From an uncultured Acidobacteriaceae bacterium (GTDB taxonomy: Bacteria; Acidobacteriota; Terriglobia; Terriglobales; Acidobacteriaceae): a DNA stretch of 64,000 nucleotides. How positions within the stretch are numbered: position 1 is the first letter of the stretch; each line of letters starts with the position of its first letter. A program made the position numbers and the translations under genes. The notes below the pieces were generated by a model that was not told the DNA's origin, did no database searches, and was given only the letters and a program-made list of their open reading frames with translations. The stretch is taken from contig CAWGCH010000001.1 of assembly GCA_963821115.1 (NCBI GenBank), positions 27,485-91,484 of the forward strand, written 5' to 3'. Shown one piece after another: positions 60,519-64,000 of this stretch.

Positions 60519-60933
60519 AGTCGGGCACACCCAGACCTCGCTCTCCGAGATCAACATCACTCCGCTGGTCGATGTGGTTCTGGTGCTGCTGGTCATCTTC
60601 ATGCTCACCGCTCCGGTGCTGCAGTCAGGCATCGAGGTTGCCGTTCCCAAGACCAAGACGGTGAAGGAGATCACCCAGCAGCGTCTGGTGGTGACCATCA
60701 ATAAAGACTCCGAAGTCTTTCTTCAGGACAAGCCGATCAACCTGAACGACCTGACATCGCGGCTGGCCAGCTCGAGCAAAGATCCGGCCCATCAGACGAT
60801 CTATGTTGAGGCGGACGAGAAGGTGCCCTTCGGAGCGTTCGCGTCGGTGATGGATGCAGTGAAACAGGCGGGCATCACCAATATCAGCATCGTGACCCAG
60901 CCGATTCAGAACGGCCGGCACAGCGCCAGGTAA
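60502..60933 (+). CDS. tolR: TolR (ExbD/TolR family)
   Basis: SEINITPLVDVVLVLLVIFMLTAP motif; GGAGG RBS before the GTG at 60502. Confidence 0.92.
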   Translation: MAFTSKVGHTQTSLSEINITPLVDVVLVLLVIFMLTAPVLQSGIEVAVPKTKTVKEITQQRLVVTINKDSEVFLQDKPINLNDLTSRLASSSKDPAHQTIYVEADEKVPFGAFASVMDAVKQAGITNISIVTQPIQNGRHSAR

Positions 60934-60946
60934 GAGAGCCTCACTC

Positions 60947-61768
60947 ATGACACAAAGAACGACTTTCGATTTGGAGCGCGAGCCATTTGGTCCGCCGATC
61001 GCGAAGTCGTTCGGGCTGCACCTCCTTATCGTAGGCATTGCGGTGGGCTATGCGTTTCTGATGGGCCGATTTCACGGCCAGGAATGGGGCGACAACAAAG
61101 CTCCGGGCGCGATCCAGGCGACGCTGGTCAGCTCCGCTCCATCATCGATCCCGCTGCCGCAGGACACGCCGCCGACTCCCAATGTATTGGCGACGGATCA
61201 GCCTTCCCCTGCGCCCCCTCCTCCGCAGCCGAAGGCCGTGCCGGTGACACCGCCACCGGATGCGATTCCGATACCGGTCAAGGTGCCGCCCAAGGAGAAA
61301 CCGAAGCAGGAGAAGAAGATTGAGCCGGCTCCAAAGCATGCTCAGCCCCAGCCGCTGCAGCATCGCGCCCAGTATGGCGAAGCTCCGGCAACGCAGATCC
61401 CGCATTCGCTCGCCCAGAACCAGAACCCAAGCCAGGTCAATCCCATCAACATCACAGGCGGCGGGGAAGGTTTCAACTTTCCTTACTACGTGGGGATTAT
61501 CCAGCGAAAGGTCCAGCAGGCCTGGTATGTCTACGAGGTGGCCGGCGGCACGCCCGTTGGAAGCCAGGTAAAAGTAACTTTTTCTATCGCACGTGACGGC
61601 ACGCCGAGCAATATTCGCATCTCACAATCCAGCAGTTCCCCTACGCTCGACAGTTCCGCGGTTCGCGCTGTTCAACGTATCGAGAGCTTCGGCCCCTTGC
61701 CCCCCGGATATAACAAGTCAAGCGTTTCCGTGGAGTACACTTTTACTTACGATCAACCCGCGCATTAA
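60947..61768 (+). CDS. tolA: TolA/TonB-family energy transducer
   Basis: N-terminal TM with S..LH, Pro/Lys-rich linker and TonB_C-type domain (FSIARDG, SSS..LD.SA.RAV); lies between tolR and tolB. Confidence 0.8.
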   Translation: MTQRTTFDLEREPFGPPIAKSFGLHLLIVGIAVGYAFLMGRFHGQEWGDNKAPGAIQATLVSSAPSSIPLPQDTPPTPNVLATDQPSPAPPPPQPKAVPVTPPPDAIPIPVKVPPKEKPKQEKKIEPAPKHAQPQPLQHRAQYGEAPATQIPHSLAQNQNPSQVNPINITGGGEGFNFPYYVGIIQRKVQQAWYVYEVAGGTPVGSQVKVTFSIARDGTPSNIRISQSSSSPTLDSSAVRAVQRIESFGPLPPGYNKSSVSVEYTFTYDQPAH

Positions 61769-61841
61769 CTCACTGAGGACGTGATCGATCGGAGTCGGTC
61801 CTAATCATTCGCCAACCCAAATTCGCGAGCGCAGAGGCACG

Positions 61842-63212
61842 ATGAACGGTAAGTTCCTGAAGCTGAAATTTTCTTTTTCTACCCTGGTTGCATTCATTTT
61901 TCTGCTGATTTTGTCAGTATCCGCATTGCCCTCCGCATTCGCCCAGGACTGGGTGCGCACCGGAACGAATCTTGGTGTGCAGCGTATACGCCTCGCCGCG
62001 GCCGACTTCAAAGCCGCGTCCAGCGATCCGCAGACCGCGCCGCTCAAGACCGTCTTCGACTCGGTGCTCTTCAACGATCTGAAGAATTCGGGCGTCTTCG
62101 ACATGGTTTCGAAGAGCATGGCTCCGGCGCAATCGCCGGGCGGTCCTCAGGAGATCAATCTCTCCGCGTGGTCGGCCGCGCCCGCAAGTGCGCAGATGGT
62201 GGCGTTCGGATCGTTCGCCGTCAACGGCGGCAGGATCACGGTGCAGGGGTTTGTCTTCGACACCAGGAACGCGCAGACGCCGCAGATTCTGGGCAAGCAA
62301 TATTCCGATACGGCCGCGCAGGAGAACGCGCGGCAGATTGCACATCGCTTCGCGGATGAGATCATCCTGCAGCTTGGCGGCGGCATTAACGGAATCTGCG
62401 AGACACATATTTATTATGTAGTCCGGAGTGGAGACGGCAACAAAGAGATCTGGGTAATGGATTACGATGGCGAAGACGCGCACCCGGTGACGCATCTGGG
62501 TACCATCACTCTTTCACCGCGTGTCTCTCCAGACAACTCGCGCGTCGCCTTCTCCTCGCTGGGCAAGAATGGCTGGTCGATCCGGATGTACTCCCTGGTG
62601 CTCGGACGCATGGTGAACTTCCGATCGCCGGGAGGCACGACGCTGTCTCCGGCATGGTCGAGCGATGGCGCGAAGCTGGCGTTCTCATCGAGCGTGACCG
62701 GCGACCCGGAGATTTACACCTCCGATGCCAGCGGCGGCGCATTGCATCGCATCACCGCCTTCCGCGGCCCCGATGTCTCACCAGTGTGGAATCCCAAGTC
62801 CAATGGACAGATCGCATGGGTGAGCGGCCGCACCGGGCTGCCGCAGATCTACATCATGGATTCCGATGGCGCGAACGTGCAGCGCCTGACCGACGGCGGA
62901 TACGCGACATCGCCCTCGTGGTCGCCCAACGGCCAGTTCCTGGCCTTTGCCTGGAATCGCAAATACGGGCCGGGCGCTCCAGGCGGGCAGGATATCTACA
63001 TCATGGATATTGCGAGCAAGCGCTGGATTCAGCTGACCCATGACACCGGCGCGAATGACTTTCCATCCTGGTCGCCTGACGGGCGGCACATCGTTTTTCA
63101 ACGCGAGGGTGAGGACGGCACGCAAATATGGTCGATGCTCGCCGATGGAACAGAGCAGCAGCAGTTGACGCATCGAGGGTCCAACTCAATGCCTAACTGG
63201 AGCTGGAAATAA
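61842..63212 (+). CDS. tolB: TolB beta-propeller protein
   Basis: AHRFADEI, MDYDG and PD40 repeats (PAWSSDG, PSWSPNG, PSWSPDG). Confidence 0.94.
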   Translation: MNGKFLKLKFSFSTLVAFIFLLILSVSALPSAFAQDWVRTGTNLGVQRIRLAAADFKAASSDPQTAPLKTVFDSVLFNDLKNSGVFDMVSKSMAPAQSPGGPQEINLSAWSAAPASAQMVAFGSFAVNGGRITVQGFVFDTRNAQTPQILGKQYSDTAAQENARQIAHRFADEIILQLGGGINGICETHIYYVVRSGDGNKEIWVMDYDGEDAHPVTHLGTITLSPRVSPDNSRVAFSSLGKNGWSIRMYSLVLGRMVNFRSPGGTTLSPAWSSDGAKLAFSSSVTGDPEIYTSDASGGALHRITAFRGPDVSPVWNPKSNGQIAWVSGRTGLPQIYIMDSDGANVQRLTDGGYATSPSWSPNGQFLAFAWNRKYGPGAPGGQDIYIMDIASKRWIQLTHDTGANDFPSWSPDGRHIVFQREGEDGTQIWSMLADGTEQQQLTHRGSNSMPNWSWK

Positions 63213-63313
63213 AGTTTACGATGGATGGCAGGCGGAAACTTTTCCGCCTGTTCTGCTTTGGTTGAACCACCAATTGGCCGTAGCGCCAAAACATAGCTCC
63301 CAAGGAGGAGATC

Positions 63314-64000
63314 GTGTACTCTGCTTCGCGTAAATCGTCTTATCGCCTAATTTCATCTAACCGACCGCTCGCCCTCGCCGCCAGCCTGGCGGCAGTGTTT
63401 GCCATTGCCGGCTGCCATAAGAAGGCGGCGCCGCCTCCGCCACCTCCGCCATTGGCCAACACCGCGCCCGCGCCTACCGCGGACATCACGGCCAATCCCA
63501 CTTCGGTCAATCCTGGCGACAGCGTAGTTCTTACCTGGCACACCAGCAACGCCAACGATGTGTCGATTGAGGGTATCGGGCAGGTCGCCAGCTCCGGAAC
63601 GCAGGCAGTGAAGCCGACCGAATCGACGAATTACCATCTGATCGCCCGCGGCGACGGTGGAAGCGCCGATGCGACCGCACGGGTAACGGTGAACAGCGCT
63701 CCTCCTCCGAGCAACATGTCGGAATCGAACGTGGATGATGCGATGTTCCACCAGAATGTGAAAGATGTCTTCTACGACTACGACAGCTACGACGTCCGTG
63801 GCGATGAGCAGTCGGTGATCTCGCAGGATGCGAACTTCCTGAATCAGCATCCGGACCTGAAGGTGGTGATCGGCGGCTACTGCGACGAGCGCGGCTCCGT
63901 CGAATACAACCTTGCCCTCGGTGAGAACCGCGCCAACGCTGCCAAGCAAGCCCTGGTGACTGCGGGGGTGAGCCCTCAACGTCTGCGCACGGTAAGCTAT
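63314..64000 (+). CDS. pal: Peptidoglycan-associated lipoprotein Pal; 3' end outside the window and not in the ORF track
   Basis: AGGAGG RBS, GTG start, lipobox IAG-C, Pro-rich linker, and OmpA-like domain VFYDYD...GYCDERGSVEYNLALGENRA...LRTVSY. Confidence 0.93.
   Translation, partial: MYSASRKSSYRLISSNRPLALAASLAAVFAIAGCHKKAAPPPPPPPLANTAPAPTADITANPTSVNPGDSVVLTWHTSNANDVSIEGIGQVASSGTQAVKPTESTNYHLIARGDGGSADATARVTVNSAPPPSNMSESNVDDAMFHQNVKDVFYDYDSYDVRGDEQSVISQDANFLNQHPDLKVVIGGYCDERGSVEYNLALGENRANAAKQALVTAGVSPQRLRTVSY

Noticed and set aside
63353-63979. 208-aa minus-strand ORF in the track
   Set aside because: Antisense shadow of pal, which is absent from the track because it runs off the window.

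Overview
GC-rich bacterial chromosome segment. Its gene style (Oar-like TonB-dependent receptors, BNR/VPS10 beta-propellers, Pal with an extra domain) suggests Acidobacteriota; this is inference, not a database result. From left to right: (1) two BNR/VPS10-type beta-propeller genes around an S10 peptidase, the first with a dense frameshift cluster in the first 1.5 kb; (2) a MocR regulator divergent from two DoxX-like paralogs, a TonB-receptor remnant and a PHP hydrolase; (3) nested IS1182/IS5 debris and an intact IS5 inserted in the stop codon of an RND pump gene; (4) tRNA-Glu(TTC) carrying a ~12 kb integrative element (22926-34927, 45-bp att repeat). The element holds a tyrosine integrase and Xis, a MoxR ATPase-lytic transglycosylase-VirB9-like-VirB10-like operon, a 5'-deleted MORC-type/histidine-kinase gene with a receiver partner, a cysteine desulfurase fragment and a nucleotidyltransferase-HTH pair; (5) DUF305/LVIVD and GH13 genes; (6) an envelope-modification cluster of UDP-sulfoquinovose synthase, a GT21/HpnI-like transferase, an ArnT-like GT-C, an AsnB amidotransferase, an ArnEF-like pair, a MacB-like permease and a TonB receptor; (7) core genes ftcD, pagL-like, yebC, deoR-nudK, recN and tolQRAB-pal. 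The best candidates for an undescribed system are the sulfoquinovose/ArnT-type cluster, the VWA-less MoxR ATPase heading a T4SS-core operon, and the MORC-HK/receiver plus cysteine desulfurase relic. All product calls come from motif recognition by eye; no searches were run.
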